DNA of 64,000 bases. Source: an uncultured Desulfohalobiaceae bacterium. Lineage in GTDB: Bacteria; Desulfobacterota; Desulfovibrionia; Desulfovibrionales; CAZUBS01. The position numbers and the translations under genes are program-made. This document shows positions 1 to 7,984 of the stretch, in pieces (the first letter of the stretch is position 1; each line of letters opens with the position of its first letter). Under the pieces are notes generated by a model. That model searched no databases and was not told the origin of the DNA. It saw only the letters and a list, made by a program, of their open reading frames with translations. The stretch is taken from contig CAZQOG010000001.1 of assembly GCA_964594925.1 (NCBI GenBank), positions 3,239-67,238 on the forward strand. The letters are read 5' to 3'.

Positions 1-726
1 GATGCTCTCTGGATTATCTTCTCCGGAACGTTTCCCGGTCAGGGCGGCGAGAATATCCGGGCAGAGCGCCCGGAGCCGGAAACAGAACCGCTCCACCACT
101 CCGGCCTTCTCCAGGGTGGTGTCACACTCTACGTCTCGCCCATTCTCCATGAGCCGACGATACCGGACGTGCGCCTCATCCCTTTCCCCGGCCAACTGAT
201 CAAGGAGCAGGGCCGGGTCCACAAAGGAGTGTTTTGAACCACCATCGTGGTAGAGCGCATACGAGGACCAGCGATACTCACCGGGAGATTCCGCCAAGCC
301 CGCACGCACAGGGTTCAGATGAATGTAGACCGAAGCTCCGAGCAAATAGGTGGGGTCAAGGCAGACTGCCTGACGGTACGGCCCGCCGAAGAGATGCCCT
401 TTGCGCTGGTACTTGCGGTTGAACCACATGGCATAGCGCATGAATACGGCATGCATGCTCCTGTCCAGGTTCTGCTCCTTGGGGCGGATCAGGATATGGG
501 CATGGTTGGGCATGAGGCAAAACGCCAGAACCTGAACATTGAACTTGAGCGCCGATTCCTTGAACAGGGCCAGAAAGGATAGATAATCCCCCTGCTCAAG
601 GAAAAGCACTTCCTTGCCCGCGGCCCGCTGCGTGACATGCGAAACCACGTCGGGCTGCGTAAGCTTGTACCGCGCCCGAAACATGCGCTGCCGCCCAGCT
701 GCGGCTATGACGTCCAAATGGTCCAT
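1..726 (-). CDS. RAYT / IS200-like HUH tyrosine (Y1) transposase; C-terminal end cut by window edge
   Basis: Own minus-strand translation (absent from ORF track because no stop lies in the window): MDHLDVIAAAGRQRMFRARYKLT... HUH motif in LMPNHAHILI; Tyr region GHLFGGPYRQ; YIHLNPVRAGL and YRWSSY as in COG1943 RayT-like proteins. Frame stays open to base 1. Confidence 0.8.
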   Translation of the reverse strand, partial: MDHLDVIAAAGRQRMFRARYKLTQPDVVSHVTQRAAGKEVLFLEQGDYLSFLALFKESALKFNVQVLAFCLMPNHAHILIRPKEQNLDRSMHAVFMRYAMWFNRKYQRKGHLFGGPYRQAVCLDPTYLLGASVYIHLNPVRAGLAESPGEYRWSSYALYHDGGSKHSFVDPALLLDQLAGERDEAHVRYRRLMENGRDVECDTTLEKAGVVERFCFRLRALCPDILAALTGKRSGEDNPESI

Positions 727-785
727 GCCGTCATCCCCCCTGTTACCCGTTTTGCACATAGCCTAAAATGGGTAAACTGCAAATC

Positions 786-822
786 TTTTTACCCATTTCG
801 CACCATGTCTGAAATGGGTAAT
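786..822. repeat. 37-nt hairpin repeat, copy 1
   Basis: TTTTTACCCATTTC-(11 nt loop)-GAAATGGGTAAT with a 10-bp perfect stem. Near-identical copy at 1037-1073 (differences only in the loop). Lies 60 nt upstream of the RAYT start. Confidence 0.8.
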
Positions 823-1036
823 TCTGGGACGTCGATATTCAATTGCTTCTGAAGGGCCACAGCAGGCGGATGACCGATGCCGTGCTGGCTTTCGAGTTGC
901 TGTTGCGGCATTCGTTCAACTCTGTCGGAAGCCAGGCGGGATATCGAAGAGGATCACGCCTTTCTGGCGTGGGAGGGGATTATAGGGCCTGTCTGTTACT
1001 GAAGGGAAAGTGATGTAACGATCATAGGGTTGCCCC

Positions 1037-1073
1037 TTTTTACCCATTTCGCGCTATGTCTGAAATGGGTAAT
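1037..1073. repeat. 37-nt hairpin repeat, copy 2
   Basis: Same stem TACCCATTTC/GAAATGGGTA as 786-822, same orientation. Sits 13 nt beyond the stop of the phosphohexomutase gene. Confidence 0.8.
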
Positions 1074-1085
1074 GGGCAGGAAGGG

Positions 1086-2531
1086 TCATGCTGGATTATC
1101 CAGAATCTTTGCCACACGTGCCAGCGTGGCCGAGGTAAGGGTCTCGGCCCGGTGTCTGTCCCGGGCCTCGCTGTAGCAGCGCAGCTCGGGGGCGTTGCCG
1201 GACGGGCGCAGGTGGATGATCTCCTCGTTTGCAAAGGTCACCCTCAGGCCGTCTGTTGTGTCGGTGTGCGCCGGATGGGTCCCTGTGGGGGAAAGGATGT
1301 GCTGCAGCTTGGCACCATCCTCGGTTAACTCGTCGATCAGCTGCAGGCTCTTCCTGGAAGGGACGCCCGTGATCCGGTCGCTGGCGGTGTAGCGCCCGGG
1401 GAGGTCGTGCAGGATCTCCGACACCCGGCACCCTCTCTCCCGGGAAGCTGCCAGGGCTGTGAGGGACGGAAGCATGGCATCTCGTGTGGGCAGGGGGGCG
1501 AGTTCCTTTCCAGCCCGTTCAAAAGCCGAGCCCACCAGAAAACCACCATTGGCCTCGAACCCCACAACCTTGGCCCTGCCGTCGGCCTGGGCCTGCTCCA
1601 TGCCGGCGATCACATAGGGCGATCCGATTTTGGTACGGATCACCGTGTCGAACAGGCCGCTCTTCTCGATGGCCGTATTGCAGCTCACCGGGCAGACCAC
1701 GGTTTCTGCGCCCAGGTAACGGGCGCAGAGCAGGCCCACGATGTCGCCTCGCAGCCAGGCGCCGGTCTCGTCCGCTATCAAGGGGCGGTCGCCGTCCCCG
1801 TCAAAGGAGAGGATGGCCTCGAAGCCGTGCCCCCTGGACCAGGCCCTGCCCCGCTCTACATCCTCAGCTGCAACCGCCTCGGTGTCGATGGGCACGAAGT
1901 GGTCGGTGCGGCCAAGGGTGGTCACCTCGGCGCCCAGGCCCTGGAGGACCTCCCGGAAGGCCTCCCGGGCCACGCTGGAGTGCTCGTACAGCCCCAGGCG
2001 CATGCCCGCCAAAAGGCCGGGGGGAAAGAAGTCGAGGGAGCGCTGGATATAGCGTTGCAGGGGGGCGGGGTTTGGTTGTGCCAGGGACAACAGCGGAGTG
2101 TCTTGGGAAAGCTCCACCATTGTGTCGGCCATGGCCTGCTCGTCCGCCTTGGAGATTTCGCCGTCAGGGCGGTAGAACTTGATGCCGTTGCGGTCAAAGG
2201 GGATGTGGCTGCCGGTGACCATTATTACCGGGATGAACTCCTCAAGCCCGTACAGGGCCAGGGCCGGCGTGGGCAGCGGGCCGCAATAGTCCAGTGCATA
2301 CCCCAGGCCCGCAACAGCCTGCCCGCAGGCCGCAGCAATCCCCGGGCTGCTCGGCCGCAAATCAACCCCCACCGCCACCCGGCTAAAACCGAACTTACGC
2401 CCCACGACCTCCAGAAACGCCTGGGTATAGGCACGGCAGACCGCACCCGTCATATCCACCACAAGCCCCCGAGCCCCGCTGGTGCCGAATGACACCCCAC
2501 TGTGACGCATGATGTCGGTGATGATTTGCAT
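1086..2531 (-). CDS. phosphomannomutase/phosphoglucomutase-family phosphohexomutase
   Basis: 481 aa. GTSGARG near N-terminus, phosphoserine loop TGSHIPFDRNGIKF, metal-binding FDGDGDRPL. Context with GDP-mannose/fucose genes. Confidence 0.85.
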   Translation of the reverse strand: MQIITDIMRHSGVSFGTSGARGLVVDMTGAVCRAYTQAFLEVVGRKFGFSRVAVGVDLRPSSPGIAAACGQAVAGLGYALDYCGPLPTPALALYGLEEFIPVIMVTGSHIPFDRNGIKFYRPDGEISKADEQAMADTMVELSQDTPLLSLAQPNPAPLQRYIQRSLDFFPPGLLAGMRLGLYEHSSVAREAFREVLQGLGAEVTTLGRTDHFVPIDTEAVAAEDVERGRAWSRGHGFEAILSFDGDGDRPLIADETGAWLRGDIVGLLCARYLGAETVVCPVSCNTAIEKSGLFDTVIRTKIGSPYVIAGMEQAQADGRAKVVGFEANGGFLVGSAFERAGKELAPLPTRDAMLPSLTALAASRERGCRVSEILHDLPGRYTASDRITGVPSRKSLQLIDELTEDGAKLQHILSPTGTHPAHTDTTDGLRVTFANEEIIHLRPSGNAPELRCYSEARDRHRAETLTSATLARVAKILDNPA

Positions 2532-2585
2532 GAAAAAGAGTTGTTTTGGGTTTATAAGGGTGTTGCCCTGTCTTTGATCCGCCCG

Positions 2586-3001
2586 TCATTGAGACAACAA
2601 ACCCAGAAGCTTGTCCCGCATGTCCGTCACAGACCTATACTCGCCCTTGTCAACCAGGGCCTGGACCACGGCTGGATCCACGTTTAAATAGTCGTGCACC
2701 AGGACATTGCGAAAGCCGATCATTTTCATGCAACGGGAATGTTCTTGATCCGTCAGGCAATTGCGCCGCAGAAGCTCATCAACAGCTTCCCGGGACCTTG
2801 TCACTGTGCGCGCGAACTTCTTTTCCAGCACGTACCGGCTGAGTCCTATCAGTGACTCGACAAGGACCTGGACGGCCCTTTCCACGCTCAGCTGATCCCG
2901 CTCGCTGAGATGGCCCTGATCCTTTTGAGCGATTCAAGGACGCCGACCATTCTGTCGATATGAGCGGCCAGCTCCTTTTCATAGACAATGTCTCGCGTCA
3001 T
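2586..3001 (-). pseudogene. hepT: hepT (DUF86/HEPN toxin) split by a frameshift
   Basis: ATG at 3001 overlaps the mntA stop (ATGA). It gives 37 aa (MTRDIVYEKELAAHIDRMVGVLESLKRIRAISASGIS) and then a stop at 2888. The rest (ORF 2586..2885, GTG-initiated in the track) continues in another frame and carries the HEPN R-x4-H motif in GFRNVLVHDY. Both frames are open between 2891 and 2933. The joined length of about 136 aa matches typical HepT. Confidence 0.7.
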
Positions 3002-3444
3002 GGTTCGTGATGAGAGTCGGAAGTAGTCGGGAATACGGAGGGCCTGTCTGTGGCAGTGAACAGCTCGGGCGCGTAATCCTTCTCGATTTTGGAGACTACG
3101 GATTGCTCGATCCGCCGCACATGCGGCACGTTGCGGTCATAGATGCGCAACCCGTTGATAATGCTCCACTGCAGAGCAGGGGGGGCAATTTCCAGATCAA
3201 CCACACTCACTTTCCCATACAGTTTCAGCTCCCGCTGCAATACCTCTTCAGCTTGCTGGGGGCGCATAAATCTTTCCACCGGATTCTGGAGCCAGTGGGT
3301 GAACAATACGGCCAGGTCCCAGTCGCTTTCCGACAGTGCCGTGCCCCGGGCCCTAGACCCATAAAGGTAGACGGCATCAACGGCAAAGCGTTCCCGCAGG
3401 ATGTCCACCACCTTCCTGAGAACATGTTCTTGGGATTCAGCCAT
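2998..3444 (-). CDS. mntA: MntA-type nucleotidyltransferase antitoxin
   Basis: Track ORF 2998..3675 trimmed to the internal ATG at 3444 (MAESQEHVLRK...); upstream residues are translated repeat sequence. GS-x-RG...D-x-D motif (YLYGSRARGTALSESDWDLAV). 4-nt ATGA overlap with hepT. Confidence 0.8.
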   Translation of the reverse strand: MAESQEHVLRKVVDILRERFAVDAVYLYGSRARGTALSESDWDLAVLFTHWLQNPVERFMRPQQAEEVLQRELKLYGKVSVVDLEIAPPALQWSIINGLRIYDRNVPHVRRIEQSVVSKIEKDYAPELFTATDRPSVFPTTSDSHHEP

Positions 3445-3502
3445 GCCGGAAATGTACCCAATTTCAGACCGTGAGGAAAGGGACGTATTCGACCTTAGCA
3501 GT

Positions 3503-3652
3503 CCGTTGAAAAATCCCCGCTGGACTACGTTGCTTCTCCCAGGGCAAACCCTCACGTATAGGGAATACGCTTCGGCCTTGCCCTGGGAAAAGCGCACTGT
3601 GCCACGGCGAAGCGTATGCGAAGCCTGGGTTGCCAGCGTGGTTTTTGAACGG
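3503..3652. repeat. 150-bp TIR element (family B), full copy
   Basis: Ends are CCGTTGAAAAATCC ... GGTTTTTGAACGG. Internal complementary pairs CCCAGGGCAA/TTGCCCTGGG and ATACGCTTCG/CGAAGCGTAT. Reverse-oriented full copy at 47301-47448, shorter copy at 47468-47584, fragments at 25139-25163, 44917-44974 and 47265-47283. Confidence 0.8.
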
Positions 3653-3690
3653 ACTGTTGAAGAGGACTTTTTCAACGGACTGTTAGAGCT

Positions 3691-3753
3691 CTCTTGCTTC
3701 CCCCCTTCGCATGAAGCTACGGAGGGCAGGCCAGCTTCCAGCTTCGAGCTTCA
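3691..3753 (-). repeat. heptad GAAGCTN element (family A)
   Basis: The sense (minus) strand reads TAA|TGAAGCTCGAAGCTGGAAGCTGGCCTGCCCTCCGTAGCTTCATGCGAAGGGGGGAAGCAAGAG directly after the epimerase stop. Near-identical sequence in + orientation at 28050-28103. Confidence 0.8.
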
Positions 3754-4779
3754 TTACAAATTCTCCCCATACCACCCGGCGGCACGCTCCAGTCCTTGGC
3801 GGACCGAGTACTGTGGCTCGTAGCCCAGGAGGTCGCTGGCCTTGGTGGTGTCGGCCAGGGAGTGGCGCACATCCCCCGGGCGAAAGTCGCGGTAGACGGG
3901 TTCCTGGGCCGCGGCCCCGGGGCGGCGGGCTGCGACCAGGTCGCGGATTATGGCGTAGAGTTCATTCAGGGTGGTGCGCTCGCCAAAGGCCACGTTGAAG
4001 ACCTGCCCGGCGGCCCGGGCATTGCTCGTGGTCGCGGCCAGGATGTTGGCCTGGACGCAGTTGTCCACGTAGCAGAAATCGCGGCTGGTTTCGCCGTCGC
4101 CGTTGATGTACACCTGCGCCCCGGTGAGCAGGCCCTTGAACCACTGGGGGATGACCGCGGCATAGGCCCCTTCCGGATCCTGGCGTGGCCCGAAGATGTT
4201 GAAGTAGCGCAGGCCGATGGGCTCGAACCCGTAGACCCGGCCAAAGACCTCGGCATAGAGCTCGTTGACCAGTTTGGTCACGGCGTAGGGGGAAAGGGGG
4301 CTGCCGATGCGCTCCTCCTGCTTGGGGAGCTCCGGGGAGTCGCCGTAGGTGGAGCTGGAAGCGGCGTAGACAAAACGCGTGACCCGGGCATCCCTGGCTG
4401 CGACCAGCATGTGCAGAAAACCTGAGATGTTGTTCTCGTTGGTGAACACCGGGTCGTCGATGGACCGGGGCACCGACCCGATGGCGGCCTGGTGCAGCAC
4501 GTAGTCCACCCCGGCGCAGGCCTCCCTGCAGGCCGAGGGGTCCCGGATGTCCGACTCCAGGAAGCGGAACCTCTCCCACTGCTGCGGGCTGACCAGCGAG
4601 CGCACCTGCTCCAGGTTGTGGGGGTGGCCCGTGGAAAAGTTGTCCATCCCGACCACGGGCTGGTCCATGAGCAGCAGCTTTTCCAGCAGATTGGACCCGA
4701 TAAACCCGGCCACCCCGGTCACGCACCAAGTGCGGGGGGTCTGGGCCAAGGCTCGCAGCGCAGTATCGTAGTTTGTCAT
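3754..4779 (-). CDS. NAD-dependent nucleotide-sugar 4-epimerase, TviC/WbpP-like (SDR family)
   Basis: 341 aa. Rossmann motif [12 protein letters not shown], catalytic YAVTK (YxxxK). N-terminal region typical of UDP-GlcNAc(A) 4-epimerases. Confidence 0.8.
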   Translation of the reverse strand: MTNYDTALRALAQTPRTWCVTGVAGFIGSNLLEKLLLMDQPVVGMDNFSTGHPHNLEQVRSLVSPQQWERFRFLESDIRDPSACREACAGVDYVLHQAAIGSVPRSIDDPVFTNENNISGFLHMLVAARDARVTRFVYAASSSTYGDSPELPKQEERIGSPLSPYAVTKLVNELYAEVFGRVYGFEPIGLRYFNIFGPRQDPEGAYAAVIPQWFKGLLTGAQVYINGDGETSRDFCYVDNCVQANILAATTSNARAAGQVFNVAFGERTTLNELYAIIRDLVAARRPGAAAQEPVYRDFRPGDVRHSLADTTKASDLLGYEPQYSVRQGLERAAGWYGENL

Positions 4780-4895
4780 GGCTGGGGTAGTACGTTGTTG
4801 GTTGGGGTTAGTAAATGGGGGGTATTGGTTTATTGGTTTAGTGGTTGAATGGATTATTGGTTAAATGGGAAATTGGGTGAATGGGCTCTCTGATC
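4780..4895 (-). promoter_or_regulatory. G-depleted CCAAT/AACCA-rich 5' leader without Shine-Dalgarno
   Basis: The sense strand upstream of the ATG reads ...CCCAATTTCCCATTTAACCAATAATCCATTCAACCACTAAACCAATAAACCAATACCCCCC...CCCCAGCC-ATG. I count only about 2 G in about 107 nt. Similar leaders at 15149-15197, 17077-17105 and 25383-25446. Confidence 0.35.
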
Positions 4896-4898
4896 CGG

Positions 4899-4999
4899 TT
4901 ACGGTAGGGGCGCGTGGCACGCGCCCTTCTTTTGCCGAGGCTTGGCTTTGGCACGTTATTCCGGCCAAAAGCAGGGCGGTTGCCAACCGCCCCACCAGA
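4899..4999. repeat. REPIN-like element (family C): two GTAG/CTAC-flanked hairpins
   Basis: GGTAGGGGCGCGTGGCACGCGCCC ... GGGCGGTTGCCAACCGCCCCACCAGA. Two GC-rich hairpins in inverted orientation, with terminal GTAG...C(T)AC. Confidence 0.75.
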
Positions 5000-5035
5000 A
5001 AAAAACAGCACAAAGCTACGGAGGACAGACAATCC

Positions 5036-5120
5036 TGCCTCTTGCTTTCCTTCCGACTTCGAACTTCGAACTTTCTTGCTTTCAGCTTTGAGCTTTCAGC
5101 TTCCACTTTTAACCTTCCAG
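5036..5120 (-). repeat. heptad element (family A)
   Basis: Sense (minus) strand: GTGGAAGCTGAAAGCTCAAAGCTGAAAGCAAGAAAGTTCGAAGTTCGAAGTCGGAAGGAAAGCAAGAGG. Begins within a few nt of the stop of ORF 5126..6010. Confidence 0.8.
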
Positions 5121-5125
5121 CTGTC

Positions 5126-6010
5126 TTAGTAACCGTGCGCTAAGGTGCAGTCGAGCTTGGAGTGGTGTGGGGCTCGGTACTTGAGTGTGGGCTCGTGCAC
5201 TCGAAGTGGATGTGGCGGCCCTTGTCTGGACGGGGGAAGGAATACCTGCTCCCAGCACAGCCGGGTGGTGTCGACCATATCCAACTCCACGCCGTGGGCC
5301 AGGATGGTCTTGAGCTCGGTGGAGACAAAGAGCTCGCCTTTACCCCGCCCAAGGAACAAGGGCAGGCCGCGGCAGACCCACCACAACCGGTCTGTTCGGC
5401 GGCTGTGCAGGCATACCAGGGAGAACCTGCCCCGGACCCTTTCCAAGACGCTGTCCAGGGAACCTTCCAAATCGCCTGCCTGACCAAGTGCCCTGGCCAT
5501 GCGCCCGGCCAGGAAGCGTGCCTCCCCATGGGCAAGCCGCATATCCTTTAAATCCGGTGCGTCCCGCCGCAGGCCCAGCTCCTTCGGGTTGTCCACCCGA
5601 CCCCAGAATCCAACCGTGACTAACCCCTGCTCGTCCTGGCCCACACCCCCCTTCCAGGGCCCGAACTGGTCCTCGCAGCAGGTCCTGACCAACCCGAACC
5701 CGCTCCGGGCCCGTGAGCATCCATGGGGCACCAGCTCTTCCACAAGGGAGTTGAACGATCCGGACATCTTGACCGTGACCACCCCCCCGCTCCCTGCAAA
5801 AGCCACGCAACAGGCAACCTCCCCCTTTTCCTGCAGGCGCATCAGGTCCTGGAGCAGCACCGGCATTGCCGGGCGGTTTCCTGCATAGGCAACAAGCACC
5901 CCTGCTACCCCTCTTCCCTGGTCCGGGCTTCCAAAAAGCGCAGATAATTGGACAGCAGACCGGCGTATTGCTGGATTCTGAGGGAGGAGCTGTGTAGCAT
6001 CTTCCAACAC
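5126..6010 (-). CDS. hypothetical protein; weak resemblance to a class-II (Ntn) glutamine amidotransferase fold but without the N-terminal Cys
   Basis: 294-aa ORF (GTG start in track) with plausible GC3-rich codons. The segment GRFSLVCLHSRRTDRLWWVCRGLPLFLGRGKGELFVSTELKTIL resembles the RD-x-G-x-PL...SE motif of GATase-2 domains. No catalytic Cys seen. Several overlapping alternative ORFs. Confidence 0.4.
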   Translation of the reverse strand: MLEDATQLLPQNPAIRRSAVQLSALFGSPDQGRGVAGVLVAYAGNRPAMPVLLQDLMRLQEKGEVACCVAFAGSGGVVTVKMSGSFNSLVEELVPHGCSRARSGFGLVRTCCEDQFGPWKGGVGQDEQGLVTVGFWGRVDNPKELGLRRDAPDLKDMRLAHGEARFLAGRMARALGQAGDLEGSLDSVLERVRGRFSLVCLHSRRTDRLWWVCRGLPLFLGRGKGELFVSTELKTILAHGVELDMVDTTRLCWEQVFLPPSRQGPPHPLRVHEPTLKYRAPHHSKLDCTLAHGY

Positions 6011-6091
6011 TATCCAGCTGCCCGAGCTGCAGGCAACCTGATTTTCAAAAGGCGGGATTGGGTAGGGGTAAAGGTAGGGAAAAGTGCTGGT

Positions 6092-7342
6092 TCAGGTGGG
6101 TTGTTCACTCTCTCGGGTGTACCACTCGTAGGTCTCGGCAATGCCTTGGTGCAAGGGAATGGAGGCTTTCCAGCCCAGGGCGGTCAGGCGGGAGACGTCC
6201 AGGAGCTTGCGCGGGGTGCCGTCCGGCCTGGTGTGGTCCCAGACCACCTGCCCTCTATAGCCAACCACCTCGGCCACAAGGGAGGCGATGTCCATGATGG
6301 CGGCGTCTTTTCCCGTGCCGATGTTGAAGAGTGGCTGGCTGGACGAAGATGGTGAGGCGTGAGGCGTGAGGGGGGAGACAGGGGCGGGACGAGAAAAAAT
6401 TGTGTCCCGGGGCTGGGTCATGAGGAAACAGCAGGCATCTGCCAGATCGTCCACGTGCAGAAACTCACGTCTCGGGGCGCCGGTGCCCCAGAGCACGACC
6501 TTTGGAGAGCTGGAAGCTTGAAGCTGGAAGCTTGAAGCAAGAGATGAAGAACGTGAAATGTAGGTTTCTTCCCCTTGCCTTGATTCTTTCTCCTGCTTCA
6601 AACTTCGAACTTCGAACTTCGAACTCGATTCCTCTTGCTTCGAGCTTCCAGCTTCCAGCTTCGAGCTTCTTTCTATTCCCAACCCTTCCAGCACGTCGTC
6701 CGGGATGGGGCCGAAGCGTTGCTCGTCCCTGGCTACGGCGGCGAGGTCGCCATGCTGGGCCAGCTTGGCCAGATGGAACTTGCGCATCAGGGCGGGGAGG
6801 ACATGGGAGGTGCACAGGTCGAAGCTGTCCCCCGGGCCGTAGAGGTTGGTGGGCATGACCGGGATGTACTCGGTGTTGTGCTGCCTGTTGTAGGCCCAGC
6901 ACATCTCGATGCCCGCGATCTTGGCCACTGCATAGGCGCTGTTGGTGGCCTCCAGTGGACCGGTCATCAGGTGCTCCTCGCGCATGGGCTGGGGCGCCTC
7001 GCGCGGGTAGATGCAGGAGCTGCCGAGGAAGAGCAGCCGCTTCACCCCGTTCAGGAAGCTGTGGTGGATGACGTTGTCCTGGATCTGCAGGTTGGTGTGA
7101 ATGAAGTCGGCCGGATAGGTGGCATTGGCCAGGATCCCGCCCACCCTGGCCGCGGCCAGAAACACGTATTCGGGCTTCTCGGCGGCAAAAAAATCGGCCA
7201 CGGCCCGCTGATCGGTCAGGTCGAGTTCTCTGCTGGTCCGCAGAAGCAGGTTGTCATACCCCTCCGACCGAAGCCTACGCACCAAAGCCGACCCCACTAG
7301 GCCACGATGACCGGCTATGTAGATTTTGGAAGATAGATGCAT
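6092..7342 (-). CDS. fcl: GDP-L-fucose synthase (GDP-4-keto-6-deoxymannose 3,5-epimerase/4-reductase) carrying an in-frame repeat insertion
   Basis: 416 aa versus about 320 for E. coli Fcl. Collinear with Fcl: IYIAGHRGLVGSA, LAAARVGGILANATYPADFI, LFLGSSCIYP, YAVAKIAG, VMPTNLYGP, REFLHVDD, PDGTPRKLLDVSRL. About 57 extra residues (ERSSKLEAGSSKQEE...SSFQLQASSSP) are encoded by a heptad repeat element. Confidence 0.9.
   Translation of the reverse strand: MHLSSKIYIAGHRGLVGSALVRRLRSEGYDNLLLRTSRELDLTDQRAVADFFAAEKPEYVFLAAARVGGILANATYPADFIHTNLQIQDNVIHHSFLNGVKRLLFLGSSCIYPREAPQPMREEHLMTGPLEATNSAYAVAKIAGIEMCWAYNRQHNTEYIPVMPTNLYGPGDSFDLCTSHVLPALMRKFHLAKLAQHGDLAAVARDEQRFGPIPDDVLEGLGIERSSKLEAGSSKQEESSSKFEVRSLKQEKESRQGEETYISRSSSLASSFQLQASSSPKVVLWGTGAPRREFLHVDDLADACCFLMTQPRDTIFSRPAPVSPLTPHASPSSSSQPLFNIGTGKDAAIMDIASLVAEVVGYRGQVVWDHTRPDGTPRKLLDVSRLTALGWKASIPLHQGIAETYEWYTRESEQPT
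6505..6674. repeat. heptad hairpin element (family A) inside the fcl coding sequence
   Basis: Left arm 6505-6543 is GAGAGCTGGAAGCTTGAAGCTGGAAGCTTGAAGCAAGAG. Right arm 6631-6669 is its imperfect inverted copy. The centre contains (TTCGAAC)x3. No stop codon in the fcl frame. Confidence 0.85.
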
Positions 7343-7343
7343 T

Positions 7344-7963
7344 GTTTTATGTTTTAGGTTTTAGGTTTTAGGAAAGAATGAAAATTGTTTTATGTTTTAG
7401 GAAAGAGTGAGAGATGATTTTTTTTATGAGAATAAAATGTGTGATTAGGATTTTAGGTATGAGATGAGTGATTGGAGCTTGCCCGAAAGGATTTTGAGTT
7501 CTTTGATCATCTCCTGGGCCGAAGAACGTTTTATAAAACCAACATGATGGGCAATGTACATTTGGGTTCTAAGTTCTGCAGCCGAGCCCTTTGCTATATG
7601 GAGAAAACGAACAAAGTCAGCATTTGAGCCACGTTCAGATCCTTCCGCAATATTGGAAGCAATCGAAACAGATGCCCGAGTCATTTGATCCTTTAATCCG
7701 TAATCATTGCAATTACGAAGCATTCTATAGACTTGAACTGCTATACGAGTAGCACTTCTCCACACATCAAGATCTTCAAAAGAACCATAGGCCATGTCAC
7801 CAAACTCCTTCCCAACCTCAAATCACAACTCCAAGCCCTCCCAATATATAGTCAAAAAAATCACGCCCATAATACTCAAAAAAAAGATATTAAACCTCTG
7901 TTATTGACAAATCCCTTCTTTTCATTGCCTTTCACCTAAAACATAAAACCTAAAACCTAAAAC
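7344..7963. other. cassette bounded by inverted heptamer arrays (GTTTTAG)n ... (CTAAAAC)n, carrying a four-helix-bundle gene
   Basis: Left arm 7344-7372 is GTTTTAT(GTTTTAG)3G, with a second short array at 7387-7401. Right arm 7935-7963 is CCTAAAACATAAAACCTAAAACCTAAAAC. The arms are about 27/29 complementary. The cassette fills the gmd-fcl gap almost exactly. Confidence 0.7.
7445..7795 (-). CDS. four-helix-bundle protein (23S rRNA intervening-sequence protein / Avd-like family)
   Basis: 116 aa. FEDLDVWRSA...SIASNIAEGSERGS...FLHIAKGSAAELRTQ pattern characteristic of the TIGR02436-type family. Confidence 0.8.
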   Translation of the reverse strand: MAYGSFEDLDVWRSATRIAVQVYRMLRNCNDYGLKDQMTRASVSIASNIAEGSERGSNADFVRFLHIAKGSAAELRTQMYIAHHVGFIKRSSAQEMIKELKILSGKLQSLISYLKS

Positions 7964-7984
7964 ATCCCCCCACATTTCCCAACC

